Source of the DNA: the human T2T-CHM13v2.0 reference genome, Homo sapiens
Assembly (NCBI RefSeq): GCF_009914755.1
Contig: NC_060926.1
Length of the DNA stretch: 64,000 bases
Direction: 5' to 3' (one strand)
Below the pieces are notes generated by a model, which was not told the origin of the DNA, did not search any database, and saw nothing but the letters and a program-made list of their open reading frames with translations. Shown piece by piece: positions 14,138 through 28,429 of the stretch; the first letter of the stretch is position 1, and each line of letters begins with the position of its first letter. The translations under genes were made by a program, and so were the position numbers.

Positions 14138-15312
14138 CATTCAATTGTTTTCCAAAGATAGCTTTTCAGCTTTTTGTTTGAGTCCCAATCTAAGGAATCA
14201 AGTGTTTGCCTGATGCCAAAATATCTAAATCCAGGTATTTCCTACAGTCTGGCAGGAATGTTATATCATTAGCCATATTTAAACTCAGAAATAACAGCCA
14301 TGAAGATTGTAAAGGTGGTACCAGGATGATACAAATTATTCATGGAAAATGGTGTCATTGTTGTGCAGAAAGGGCGCAGCCCTAAAAAGCACCTCATTCA
14401 AAGTCAGTAAGTGCAGGAGATAATGTTCCTATTCGTCATCACGGAGAGAAGCATACAGTGAGGTTTACAAGGAAAACCCGTATCACACAGCTCCAGAACA
14501 TGCAGCAAGGCTGCAGCTTTTAAATGTTTAGAAACATTTAAGAAAAATGTCATTTAAGAAATATTAAGAAAGAGTTAAATTTCACAGGCCAGTGCAGGAA
14601 GATGGTGGGAAAGATATTGAGACATCTTTTACATGATCATATTACTGACCTAGGTTTCTTTGTGGTTCCTGTTGGTGGTAACATTTGCATTGAGTCAGCT
14701 GCCAGATCTGCAAAACGCATTTTCTTCTGTTGTTTTTTAAGCTTAAAAGCATAAGACTAGGAGCAATATCTAAAATCATTTGGTCCAAACTTTAATATTT
14801 TAGCATGGAACTCTTTGCAAAAAAACAAGCAAGAAAATAAAAACGTACCTTGATAAATCTTTATACACTTAGGGTTATTTCGTTGTAGGCAAGATAAATT
14901 AATGAGCTAACTAAAGCATAAGGAAATTCACTTGAAAGATACTAATGCTTGCACCTGATTGAAGGGAGGATGTAAGCATGAGGCTTTGAATATACAGGTA
15001 ATTCTCTCTGTGATGAAGAGAAAGAACATTGTCTCACACACTTACTGACTTTGAATAAGGTGCTTTTTAGGGTTGTGCCCTTTCTGCACAACAGTGACAC
15101 CATTTTCCACGAATAATTTGTATCATCCTGGCACCATCTCCTCAATCTTCATGGCTGATATTTATGAGTTTAAATACGGCTAATGATATAACATTCCTGC
15201 CAAATAGTCAATAGGAACTATCTGGATTCAGATATTTGACCATCAGGCAAATGCTTGATTCCTTAGATTGGGGATCAAACATAAAGCCATATTTTGAAAA
15301 ATAATTTAATAC
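14138..15312. repeat. Long inverted repeat: arms ~14138-14450 and ~15002-15312, spacer ~550 bp
   Basis: Manual alignment of the left arm with the reverse complement of the right arm; core 14250-14413 has about 13 mismatches in ~164 nt with no gaps; outer parts are more diverged. Confidence 0.95.
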
Positions 15313-15914
15313 TGCACAACCAAAGTGGCAACGAACTTTTACCTTTTCTTTTGCCATTGTAGTTGCTGGTGTGAGGGTCAAACTCTAAGGGGAGAGAGTC
15401 TGATTAAGCTGGGGTCACATGTTTGGCTGTACCTAGGTGGTGAGAGCTTCTCGTAGAAACCAATAGCCTGTGTGGCTTATAGTCAGGACATCTTGAGGCT
15501 TTATACAATATGAAGGGTGTAATTCTTCACATGGAAATTTGGGAGCTGTTAGAAGAGAGGAATGGGTGCTGAGAAACAAAAATTCATCAAAAACACACAC
15601 ACACACACACAAACATGCACCCCACACACCAAATAAAGCAGATGAACAAAGCTGAGGACAGAAAAGGAAAGGAGCCTGGAGCCCAACCCCTTACCCATTA
15701 TAAAAGTGTCTGGGACATTCCACGACACAGAATGGAAACCATTAATGTGACTCGTCTTCTGAAGATTTGGTATCATGAGATCTAATTTATTATTCCCCAC
15801 ATTTTCAGGGCATGCATTCCACACTATCTTTCCATCACTATTTCCTTCAAAAATTCTTAATGATCATAGTTATAATTTAAATATCAACTCAATATTGACT
15901 GTTATCAAAATGTG

Positions 15915-16280
15915 ATTGTGGAAATCACTTGTGTAGTCTCAAATCTGTATGACTTTCTACCTCTGGTCTCGTGATATGATTGTACTTCTTCAACTTCTTT
16001 GAAGTTAGGTGTGACCAGGTGTTGTACAAAGAAATGTGAGTGGAAGGGTTGTACATGACTTCCAGGCAGAAGTGTTAAGAGCCAGTGCATAGTTTGTGAT
16101 GCTTTCTGTCTGCAGCTGCTGTGATCAGGTAAGCACATGGTGAGATAAAGCCTGCGTCAGCCAGGCTCCCTGACTATGGTAGGAAGACTCCCCTGCCGAT
16201 CCCTGCAGAAGGTATTGGGTTAAGCCACTGAGATTTAGGGATTGTTTATTACTGCAGTTTAGCAGATCCTTACTGATATA
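15915..16280 (+). mobile_element. MLT1 (I/J-like) LTR
   Basis: 'gaagttaggtgtgacc', 'acttccaggcagaag', terminal 'ttaagccactgagattt..ggattgtttattactgcag'. Confidence 0.7.
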
Positions 16281-16466
16281 TCTATTTTCTTTTACTCTGA
16301 TATCATAAAAGGAGAATATCTTGTTTGTTCTTCCAAAAAGATACTTAGAATTATGGGTACTCTGTACCCATACAGAGATCATGGACTACTGGGCAGAAAC
16401 TGAGGCTCAGTAAAGTAGTAAAATTAGTATACTAAACCTTAATATTTGTCTTCTCCAACCTCCTTC

Positions 16467-16830
16467 TGATATGGTTTGGCTGTGGGTCCCCACCCAAATC
16501 TCATCTTGAATTGTAGCTCCCATAATTCCCACGTGTGGTGGGAGGGACCTAGTGGGAGGTAATTTAATCATGGAGGTGGGTCTTTCCCGTGCTGTTCTCA
16601 TGATAGTGAATAAGTCTCACGAGATGTGATGGTTGTATAAAGGGCAGTTCCCCTGCCACACTCTCTTTCCTGCCACCATGTAAGACGTGACTTTGCCCCT
16701 CCTCACCTTCTACCACCATTGTGAGGCCTCCCCAGCCACATAGAACTATGAGTCATTAAGCCTCTTTTCCTTTATAAATTACCCAGTCTCGGGTATGTCT
16801 TTATTAGCAGCATAAGAACAGACTAATACA
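16467..16830 (+). mobile_element. THE1C-like solo LTR (MaLR)
   Basis: tgatatggtttggctgtg...gactaataca termini; perfect 5-bp TSD ccttc. Confidence 0.92.
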
Positions 16831-16879
16831 CCTTCTAAGGCAGGAATTCACTTGGCTATATCCCTACTTTGAAACTACA

Positions 16880-17075
16880 CAGACATGGGTTTGAATTCAG
16901 GCTGTGCCACTTACAAGTAATGAGATACTAAGCAAGTGATGTAACCCCTCTAGACCTCAAGTCCCTCATTTGTAAAATAGGAGCAGTATTTTTTTCTGCC
17001 TTGCCAGATTATTGTGAGGATTTGAGATATAAAGCACGTATCATGTAAACTGGCATATAGCAACCTAGTATGGTG
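16880..17075 (+). mobile_element. MIR
   Basis: 'gggtttgaattcaggctgtgccacttac...gcaagtgatgtaacccctct..cctca..ctcatttgtaaaat'. Confidence 0.75.
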
Positions 17076-18221
17076 GTTGTTAACCTCCCTTCTCTTCTTG
17101 GACACTTCCAGAGGCAGCATAGACTCATCACTTGGTAACAAACCAGTTTCATCACACAGAACATGTCTAATTGCTAGCAAACTCCTTCTTATTCAGCATA
17201 AATCTGCCTTAGCTTCTCTCTATTAGACATTTGGTGTGCTTCTTTTACCTTCTTGAACAGCATGGACCAGTCTTAGTCTTGAATTGTAGCTCAATTGTAG
17301 CTCAGTGTTGTCCACATGACAACATCATATATCTGAACACAGCTATCCTGTTCCTTCTAGAGGTCTTCTCTCCTCTCAGAAAAACATTCTCAGTTTCAGT
17401 TTTCATAAAATTGAATTTCTAGACAACTCATCTAACCTGGGGACTGTGTTTTAAAATCTCTCTGTAGTATCTAGTAATTAGTAGTTGCTAAATAAATATG
17501 CATTCCTCTACTTCTGAGTTCAGATTTCTGAGGCCTTTAATATGACACCTAGGGCTGAACACACCTTTGATCTAACAAGCACAGAGCACAGAAGGAGCCA
17601 CCTTCTCCCACATTGCCTGCTCCCTACTCTGATCTGATCTGGATACTGTACTTGTAAATGCAGCATGAGATGGCAAATCTTTTATTTAAAGCGAAGTCAT
17701 GCCACAACCAGCTCATGGTCAACTAAAATTCTTAGATTTTTAATAACTAATTGTCAAGTCAGGGCTCTTCTATGCTGTTATTGCCAAGTCAATTGTTAAC
17801 CTAATTAAAGAGTCTTTATCCCATTATATGTAATATTATTGTTTTGGGCACTAGGAAAGTCTACCAAACTTTCAGTGTCCTTTTTCTGTCACCTAACTTA
17901 TTAGCTATTTCTCCCAGTTTGAAGTGTCCCCTGAATCTAATCAGTATGCTGCCCTCATCATTAATAATTGTTTTGACTAGGGCAAAGATAGAAATCACTT
18001 TCAGGGTGGTAGAATTCATAAAGTGACATTCCCTTGGGGCATGTTACTTTCACTAGTATAGTGGGCGTCCATAATGTTATCTGCCAGTGGCCTTTCTTAG
18101 AGAACCATCTTTTCTCTTTCATATGGCCACAAAAGTAGGCTTCTGGGGTGTGTTTGTACAATGCTACATTTGCCCCAAACCTTTGCTCCTGGCTGCTGTG
18201 CCAAACTTCTATTTACCTCAG

Positions 18222-18698
18222 TGAGGAAGGCACCAGGTTCAAGAGGCCAAAGAAGAGACCTAGAACCAGCAAACAAGACATAGGGTTTCATTAGAGGCTT
18301 ACATATAGAGGAGAGAGTCCAGTGGCAGTGGTTGAGCTGGACAGGATATCTGCCTTACCTATAGCCCAGGGGTTCCGGACAAGATATCCATATGGCCCAG
18401 TGGGGAACCACTTGAAAACAACATGCAGTTTATATAGCATTTTCACTTAACACCCTCCCCTAAACGACCTCCACCTGGCAACCTTGATTTAACCCAAAAC
18501 TCAGGGCCTCAATCTCCATAAAGCTTGTGTTCCAGGGGATGGGTCTGGGGCTCTGACGTTTCTCATAGACAAGGAACAATCTCCATGTTGCCCAGTCTCA
18601 AGTTCCCTAGCTTGGAGCACACCTTCAGATGCATCTGCCATCCAGGGTCATTCTAAGGATGTGCTTAAGCCACTGCCCCCAGGTATGTTTATCCTACA
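18222..18698 (-). mobile_element. ERVL solo LTR (LTR32/LTR47-like) interrupting an MLT1 remnant
   Basis: 'tgaggaaggcaccaggttcaagaggcc..aagagac' start and 'agggtcattct..gcttaag..tttatcctaca' end; subfamily uncertain. Confidence 0.65.
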
Positions 18699-18979
18699 CT
18701 GGCTAAGATTGATTGGTCCAGGGCTAACTTGACACAGGACCAATGAAAATTCCTTCTACTGGAACCAAAAATTGGGACAATGGAGTCCAGTCCAATCTCC
18801 CAGGTGGAAGCGAGTGAAATATTCAGAGCTTTATCATGACTGTGCTTTCCTCCACAGGGCCTGGTGGGCAGAGAAGAAAACAGTGAAGCAGGTGCAGAGG
18901 TGACAGAAAGGAGGAAAATGTGGGTGGCCTTCTACTGTGGCTGACCTGCAGCCCATAGATCCTCTGTGGCAACCTAATT

Positions 18980-19306
<327 letters not shown>

Positions 19307-19434
19307 TAATTGAAGCACCTTCTGATTCTTATAACCCATTACTCATCAAACCCACCTTGAACCAAGGCTCTGACTTCTGTTCCATTTATTTGTTAGCTTT
19401 TGTTTTGGTTTTTCTTTCTCTATCCCAAGTAGCC

Positions 19435-19850
19435 TCTGTTTAAAGCCAGGTTCTCTAGAACCAGAGCCTGAGGTAGAGATTCAGGTGATCTGATTTATGG
19501 AGGGGCTGCTCTTCAGGAAATGGCTGTACGGGAGTGAGAGGACCAAAAGGAAGGGAAAGGGTTGAGCCAGGAAGTGGTTTCAGGTGAAGTCTAGACTTGG
19601 CTTGAGGCCCAGGAGGATCAGAAGACAAATGCACCACAGATCGGCCCCAGCTCGAGGACAGGGGGCTGGATTTTTGTGCCTTGTCTGTCAGCAACTGACA
19701 TGGGGACAGGGAGGGAGGTGGGCAAGGCAATGCGGTCAGTTATTAGCAACTCCCCAGCAGCCCTCTAGCGGCTGGGGAAGGGCTCTGCAGCCTGATGAAA
19801 GGTAGGAGGGTGGGGTGCCCGCCCTGCCTACCACAGCTTTCTTCATTCTA
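19435..19850 (-). mobile_element. LTR33/LTR16-like ERVL LTR remnant
   Basis: 'ggttctctagaaccagagcctgag..gattc..tgatttat' terminus. Confidence 0.5.
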
Positions 19851-20084
19851 CCTATTCCATCATCTTCCTTCTTCCAGCAGGCCACTTCAGGGACAGGTCC
19901 TCTCAGACTGCTTAGGACAAAAAGCACCTGATGAATCCCAGTGGTCCTTTTTTACCCTTTGTTGTTATATATATTTTTTATTATTCTGTAAAATATGTTA
20001 AAATTAGTATCAAGAGTAGAAGCCATTATACGAAGCCCATTAGGGCAGGGGTGGGTGGTGGTGCCCGTCATGGTTCTGCACATT

Positions 20085-20670
20085 GCAGTGGATACCTGGG
20101 ATTTTATTGCCTATGTCCATTCCCCCCTCTTTCATGATGACAGCACCCCAGATTTCATTTGGGAAAAAGCCCCACTTCCAATAGGAGTGATCTGACTTTG
20201 TTCCAGGGGTGAGTTCTGATTGATGCAAGCTGATCTGCAAAGTCCATCTACCCCTTCCCAGGCCTCGCAATTACCTTTGAGATGAGAACACAATCTAATT
20301 TGAACCAATAAAATGCAGGGAGACTTTGAAGTTCCAGGGGGAAAATGATTCCTAGCTCTTGGTGAAGACTAAGGAAAGATGCTTTCTCATCTTCTGATCG
20401 GCGTGGGGAAAGGATGTGATGTTTGGAGACATATAACCATTTCTGGAACCTCAGCCTGGGACCAACCTGAAGAAAAGATCTGACACCCAAAGTGGATGAA
20501 AGCCTCTCAAATCCATGGCGCCCCTGAGAATATGGTGAATCTCTGCCTCAAACCATACCTGAAGCCAAATACCTTGAAGCCGTCAGTATGTGAACCAACA
20601 AATTCCATTATTTGCTTAAGCTAGTTTCAAATGGGTTTTTGTTTTTTGAAACATAAACTATCCTAAGTGA
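20085..20670 (+). mobile_element. MLT1 (K/L-like) LTR remnant
   Basis: Terminal 'gtgaaccaacaaattcc..ttgcttaagctagtttcaaatgggtttttgtt'. Confidence 0.55.
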
Positions 20671-23079
20671 TAGACTGCAGCGAGTGGGAGGAGGAATAGA
20701 TTACATTCGGGGAATGTCACCACCCACTTGTTTTTGGCAAACTTTCATGTGTAAACTCTCCTCTTAAGTCTCATAATTTGTTCAGATTTAAAAGCTGGAA
20801 CAGACGATTCAGCATCCCCTATAACCCTTCATAAAGCATCCTGGCCTGAATGCTGAGTGCCTAGCCTTCCACTGCAGACATCTGATTTTAGGATCTGGTT
20901 TCTGGTATACTAAACCATTGAAATAACATCAGCTTCATTTGGAAGACCTCCAATTGTTAGCAGAGCTTTGCAGAAACATCTCCTGAAATGAGAAGAAAAT
21001 GACCTCTCCCATAGGGGTCTCTTTGAAAGTTTATTAATAAAACATTTGATTGAAACTGTGCATTAATGTCCCTCTGCAACCACTTTGGAAATCGTAAAAG
21101 TGCTCCAGATAGCTTAGGATTTACATGTATCATTTCATACTGTGCCCTATGCTGTCCTAGAACTGATTCCAGGCCTGGGCTAGGTACAAGAGTCCATGGA
21201 GAGCTGCACAGGGGACACGGCGAATCATGATCTGGTCCATTTTTCTTCCTCTCCGCAGCCCTTCTAGAGCTCTCTCCTATGAGGGCTGTGGAATTTGCCT
21301 CATGCCTGGAGGTTGTGGTGCCCCTAGATGATTTTTAAATATAATAGTCCCAGTTATTATCATAGTTAGATATCTCTTTGTTTCTTTTCTCCATTTACGG
21401 TGCCTAATGCCATCTTTGACCAGATGGAGAATGCAATTAAAATAAATATAATGTAATATAAAAATAAAACAGAACATATTGCTTTTGCAGGGCAATCTGG
21501 GCCCAAGATTTCTGCAGTGGAAATTACTGGCTAAATAAACCTATCTCCTCATTGACACAAAGCTGCGAAGAGAGATTGGTTACAACAACAAGAGAAAGAA
21601 ATGTGATTATTTCCTAAATTGAAGCAAAAGAAGTTTTGTCCAAATGGAAAATTATTGAAGCAGAAAGTTGAGGTTTTTTAAAAATTTCTTTTAACATAAA
21701 CACCATCAACAAATTCAATAACATCACAGTGCAGGTGCTACAGGGGATGACAAGATGAGCAGGGAGAGTCATCTTCCAGAAGAAGATTCTAGTTTAATTG
21801 GGGAGAATACATGTACATGGAGGGAAAAACAGAAATACACAGTGGGTCAACTTAAATAAAGAGATTGTTGTGGCTCTGCTCTGGCCAAGGCCCTTCTTCC
21901 TTGTATGGCGGCATAAGGAACTCATCCTTCCCAATAAGACATTTCTAATACAGAGTGGCTGAATAATAACCTTGACCACTAAATCAACATAGACCCTGTC
22001 TCATTAAAGAGATCTTTGATACAAGTAACAGACTCCAATGCGTGAAAGTGAGAATTTGTTGGAAGGACCCATGTGTATCACACAGAACTCAACAACGCTT
22101 CATCTCTAGGAAAGAAGAAATCAGAGCCTGGAGAATCAGTAGGGACCAAGGGAGCTATTGCAAATCTTTCTGTGGCACTAGGGCTCCTTGCCTCTACTTC
22201 CCTCCATGTGCCTACTTTATTTTTCTCTCTTTTCACACCTTTTGCACATGGAGAGACAGCTCTATCACAGCCCTAGCATCACACTGCTTCCTAACATCCA
22301 GACCCCCAAGTAACTGATGACCATACTAGGTCCAAACTCCTAGCAGAGAATCTAATTGGCCCAGATTGGGGCAGGTGTCCATCTCTTCCAATCAGCTATG
22401 ACCAGTAAAGTAACTGTTGGTCAGTACAGAAATAGCTACAAGAGTCCACCCATTTGGGTAGGTGAACAGTTCCCAGAAAAGGGGCTGGGAAGATATACCA
22501 AAAGGTCTTCTACTACAAATTTGGTTACAATTCATTATATTCATTCCTGGCAATGTATTAAATTCTTTCACTTATGATCATTTCTGTGGTTGCAAGCCAT
22601 AAGAGATATCCTTATTCGAGGTAGAATTTATGTTTGATCTCTAAGTCCCATGTCTAAAACTTAAGATCATGGCTGACATAAAGTCTGTACCCTTAGAATA
22701 AAGTCCTATCTATAATCTTTATTCTTTTCAACTGTTCCCTTTAGAACCATACACATACTAACTTAGCATATCAAAATTAGTATAGGCAAAGTTTTACCCA
22801 AAGGATTTCTAATTCTAGATAAACAGAGAGGTTGGGAAAGATTAAAGAGCTATATTCTATCTATTGCATGCCAATTGGAATATCTGAAAAATCAAAAAAG
22901 GAAGCAAACAAATAATTATTCCAGAGAGAAGTCTGATCAGAAGGCGTATTACAGTCATGGTTAGGTATTTCTGTTGATATCTTGATTATGCTTAACCAAT
23001 TATAGATCTTTTATTTTTGTTACTCTTCAATATTTTGATTATCAATGCAGAGAACAAATCGTAACATTTCTTGAACATT

Positions 23080-24790
23080 TGCTACATGCAAATCATTTTA
23101 TTTAATGTAAGGATAACCACTTAATTCTTATATTAGTCCCATGAGGCAGATATTTATGTTATTATTTTGCAGATGAGAACATTAAAGCCCAGGAAATTTG
23201 AGTGGCTGGTCATAGTCACACAGCTAGTGAGCCTGTATTTGTCCATGGGTACAATAACCCAGTTCTGTCCACCACTCAAAATTTGCCTCCCCACACTGAT
23301 GTCTCCCTTAAATGTGTATATATATAATTTATATGATGTATGATTGCATATCCACAGAAAGAATAACAAAATGCTTAGAAGTTCTAGGTCTTACCTCTGA
23401 AATCAATAATTCTACAACCTTAGGAAAATCAGTTCAACTTTGCAAACCCATTTTCTTCACTTCACTACACATAAAAGAGCTTCCAGCGGCAGGTGTCATG
23501 TCAAAGTACTGAAATGAAATGTTATACAGACCAGACAGTGGGTCCTCCTCAGTATCCCCACAATGTTAATTTCTCTGCTTCCTATCACTAATCATTGGAT
23601 TAGTATGAGAGGTAACCAATAAAATAAAATGGCATCCTCTGTTTCCCTTGACTTCCAATTCCTAAAGACAGCTTGGAGATGTCTATGAAACTTTGGGTGG
23701 TAATAGAAGGGAAAAAGTTAGCTCTATTTTTAATAACTTGGTATTTTGGCTCGTGATTGAATCATCACTGTTCTCCCACTGCTGGTTCCTCCTTTCTGTA
23801 TGCATTGCTCTTCCCTTCTTCTTCAGCCAGAAGGTGGAGTGGGGTCATCTTCTGAGCAGACCTGAAGTTCTTCCCAGCCAAATCACCCTAGTGCTATGCA
23901 CAGAGCACTATATTGGAGAGTTGAAAGACCTGGGCTGGACTGGAAGTCTCAACTCTGCCATCACCAACTTGGTAGCTGGCGAATCAGATCCTATCTTTGG
24001 CCTTCAATCTACCTATGTAAAATGAGAGAGCTAAAGAAAAATATCTTCCTAGGCCCCTTCCAGCTTTAGTGTTTTATCACCTTGCATGAGAAGAGACAAC
24101 ATTCATCAAAGTTTACCTGGTCTCTGCAGCCAATCCTTTCCAGGGCTTTTTGGCCCTGAGAACACTAATGGGTTTTCTTTCAAGCCCTAGTTCTTCCTGC
24201 TTTCTGAGCCTAACAGATGTGAGGTCAATATACAGAGAAGAGCACAGCGGATGATATTCACTTCCCATGTCATTTGCACATTTCACTGTGACATTTTGTG
24301 GTTCATTCTGCATGTTTTGCTGATGTCTATCTAAAAAGGCATGTACTTTAAGAGGTTCCTTTTCATAAAGAATACTTGAGTGAGCAGGGCCTCCAGGCTT
24401 CGCAACTCCCGGTATGAAAGATACCTCTAGATTGTGCAACCTGAGGGCCTATTATAGTGGTGGGGGGACTGGGGAGGAGGGAGCGGTGCAGTCTGTGGCA
24501 GACTTTGGCACAGCTGCTCAGGACTGTTATACGAGTGTCAGAGGGCACAAACTGGTTAGCACTTGGTTCAGGTATTTTTAATTCAGATATTTGAAATTCC
24601 AGCTTCACTATTTATTTGCCATTTGATCTCAGGCAAGATATTTAACCTCTCTGCACTTCCCTTTCTGATCTGTAAAAAGAGAATAACGTTCATTCCTACT
24701 TCACAGGATTGTTGTTGAAGACAAAAAAAAATCTTTCATATAAAATGCTTAGCAGAGTGCCTAGTAATAACACATGTTAATTAATGTCAT
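23080..24790. mobile_element. Scattered MIR fragments (~23080-23260 minus, ~23890-24070 plus, ~24590-24790 plus)
   Basis: MIR core motifs 'attttgcagatgag', 'ggcaagatatttaacctctctg', 'ccccttccagcttt'. Confidence 0.55.
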
Positions 24791-25316
24791 TATCCCTTCA
24801 AACACACATGCAAACATACAGAATAAATTTTTTAAAAGCAAAGTTTTGATTATAAGACACCAAGACCAATTTCCCTATTGCATAAGCAATAAGCAAAACA
24901 CATATGGTTTCTCATTTCTTTGAGTTTTCAAGTAAAACTATGGGTATACAATTCAGAGCTGGGCCAAACTGAATTTCCAGGAAAGCAATACCTGAGAAAG
25001 TTTTAAAGAAGAGCAAGATTTGTTGGCTGAAAAACATAAACACATCTCAACCTCAGAATCAGAATGGGAGCAGATAGCACAGCTGGCCTCTGACCACTTA
25101 CTAATGAACTGCCACCTGCATGAAGACCAGGGTACACTGGTCAAATTTAACTCCATTCCATAGCTCTACTCCATGTTCCTTTATTTCACTTCCTTACTGA
25201 GATAGTACATCCCCAAGAGGAGCTTAGGAAAACTGTGTGCTTTCATGCAATAAAGTTATCATGGAGAATGTGGCAGTGATGGAGTATATCATTTTGGACA
25301 TTGTGAGCATTCTTCC

Positions 25317-26033
<717 letters not shown>

Positions 26034-27092
26034 ACCATCTATGTGTAAAATTTTCTGCCCACATGCTGAGGTCACACATACAAATAGCTACAGGGTTCAG
26101 ACAGGCAACATGATTGAGTAAAATGAACTGGCATGGGACTGTGGGCAGACCAGAAAATATACACCCTGTCTAAAGAAGGAAACTGCTATACTGCTTCAGA
26201 CTACTATTTCCATGCTCATTGAGTGCCATCTTATCTTTCCATTTTACAAAAAAAGTAAAAACTCTGAATTTTTATGTGAAACTTCTCAAACTTTTAATTG
26301 ATGGCAACTTGTGCAAAAAATTTAAAATACCACTGGGGTCTGTCTTATCCCCACAGTCTTAGCCACACTGGAACATCCAGCAATAATCAGAGCTCAGAAT
26401 CTTCAGATGACTGGGGGGATGAGGATGGCAGTGAGACAGACTTCAGGTCCTAATGCATTGTTTTTATCAAACCCATTGTGGTTTGTCATAATATCTTAAA
26501 GGTACAAATGATTTTCATACTTCTGCTTCCAATCATTAGGGAATAACTAGTAATGAATCTTCCTTCCCACCATAAACAAGTATAAATATGGTCAAAATAT
26601 ATGAGGCATCTGTTTTCAAGCATTGAACAACAGGTAGTGAAAGATTATGATTCCTGAGAGAAGGGAAACAAACAAGGTTTCCTTAGCTTTCTGCTGGGGA
26701 AGCACTTTCCTTCCACAATGTAGAAAACTGGGGCCCAAGTGGAGCGGCAATCTTGCTAAGTTGAAAAGGCAGAAAATAAGATTCCAGGCTGCAGAAGTAA
26801 CTGGAATTTGCAGGGCAGGGTACCAGAAAAGAGACACCTCCAAAAGCAGATATCTCAGAAGTCTGTGTGAGGATTCACTATAGGTCTGTGGCTGTAGAAT
26901 GCACTGAGATTTTTTTCAGGGCAAGACCTAACAAGGTCTAGTAGAGAACAGCTGCTGTGGGGCTGACAGCTGAATGGAGAAATAGGAAGTTGCGCAGTAC
27001 TGAGAACACTGGAGTCCTAGCACATCCAGGATGAAGAGAAAGTAATGAAAGTTATGGCAAAAAAAAAAAAAAAGGGAATGTAATGAAAGTAA

Positions 27093-27142
27093 TGCCATTG
27101 AAAGTAATGGCAAAAACCACAATTACTTTTGCACCAACCTAA
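27093..27142. mobile_element. Partial MADE1 (Hsmar1 MITE)
   Basis: tgccattgaaagtaatggcaaaaaccacaattacttttgcaccaacctaa followed by TA. Confidence 0.85.
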
Positions 27143-27879
27143 TAGAAAAAGAACCACAGCACAAGATTAAGGTCAAAATCACCATAAAATTGCCCTAAAA
27201 ATAATTCAACATAAAAACTTCTATAGTTATTTAACTGCTTCCCAGAACAAAACTAAACATTCTTTAAAAGAAGATGAAACAATTCAGATTCCTACAACAT
27301 ATCATCCACAAGGTCCATTATACAACAAAAAATTAATAGATACTGGAAGAGGCAGAAAAATGTGACCCATAATAAAGAATAAAAGCAATAATATGCCTAG
27401 CCAAGACAGAAAAGAACATGAAAAAAACCTATTGTAAATAAGTTCAAAGGCTTAAAGGAGAAGATTGTCACTGTAATTGAACAGATAGGAAATCTCAACC
27501 TAGGAATGGAAACTATAAAAAAAAGAATACATTTCTGCAACTGAAAAGTACTATATCTAAAATGAAAAATTCACTGGATAGACTTACCAGCACGTTGGAG
27601 ACTATATAAGAAAGAGTGAATGAACACGAAGCTAGATCAAGAGAAATTATCAAATCTGAAAAGCAGAGGAGAAAGACGAACACAGATTTATTAATTTGTA
27701 GGGCAATATTATGTGGTCTAACATACAATAACATATGTGTAAGTGGAGATCCAAAAAAGAAGAGAGAGAATTGGGCAGAAAAATAAATGAAGATATACAT
27801 GAATAATTTTTGGCAAAAGTTTACTCAATTTGGAGAAAAATATCAATATATACATCTAAGAAACTTGACAAACTCAAGA

Positions 27880-28429
27880 ATAATGGTAAATTTTATGTGT
27901 AAACTTAACAGGGCTAAAGGATGCTCAGATAGCTGGTAAAACATTATTTCTGGGTGTGTTTGTGAGAATGTTTTGGAAGAGATTAGCATTTGAAACAATA
28001 AACAGAGTAAAGAAGATCATTGTTACCATTGAGGATAGACATCATCCAATTGAGAGCCTTAATAAAACAAAAAAGGTGGAAGAAGGGCAGATTTGCTTTC
28101 TTTTTCAGCTGAAACGTTCATTTGATCCTGCCCTTGGACATCACCACTCCTCGATATCACGTCTCTGGGCTTGGACTGGGAATTACATCACCTGGCCCTC
28201 TGGTTCTTAGGTCTCAGATTTGGACTGAATTACACCACCAGCCTTCCTGGATCTCTAGCTTGCAGATGGCAGCATAAGACTTCTGAGCCTCTATAGTTGT
28301 GTGAGCCAATTTTCATAATAAATATATCTATACATCTATGTCTATCTATCTATATCTATCTATCTCTATCTCTACATCTATATCTGTCTCTTGTTGGTTC
28401 TGTTTCTCTGTAGAACTCTGACTAATACA
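27880..28429 (+). mobile_element. MLT2(D-like) ERVL LTR with internal (TATC)n
   Basis: 'aattttatgtgtaaactt..gctaaaggatg.cagatagctggtaaaacattatttctgggtgtg' to 'ggttctgtttctctg..ctgactaataca'. Confidence 0.85.

Noticed and set aside
14248-14406. 159-nt exon-like segment (cctacag|...|gtaagt) in the left inverted-repeat arm as a coding exon
   Set aside because: All three plus-strand frames contain stops, and the acceptor is not conserved in the right arm.
17282-17304. 11-bp tandem duplication aattgtagctc
   Set aside because: Ordinary slippage duplication with no further structure.
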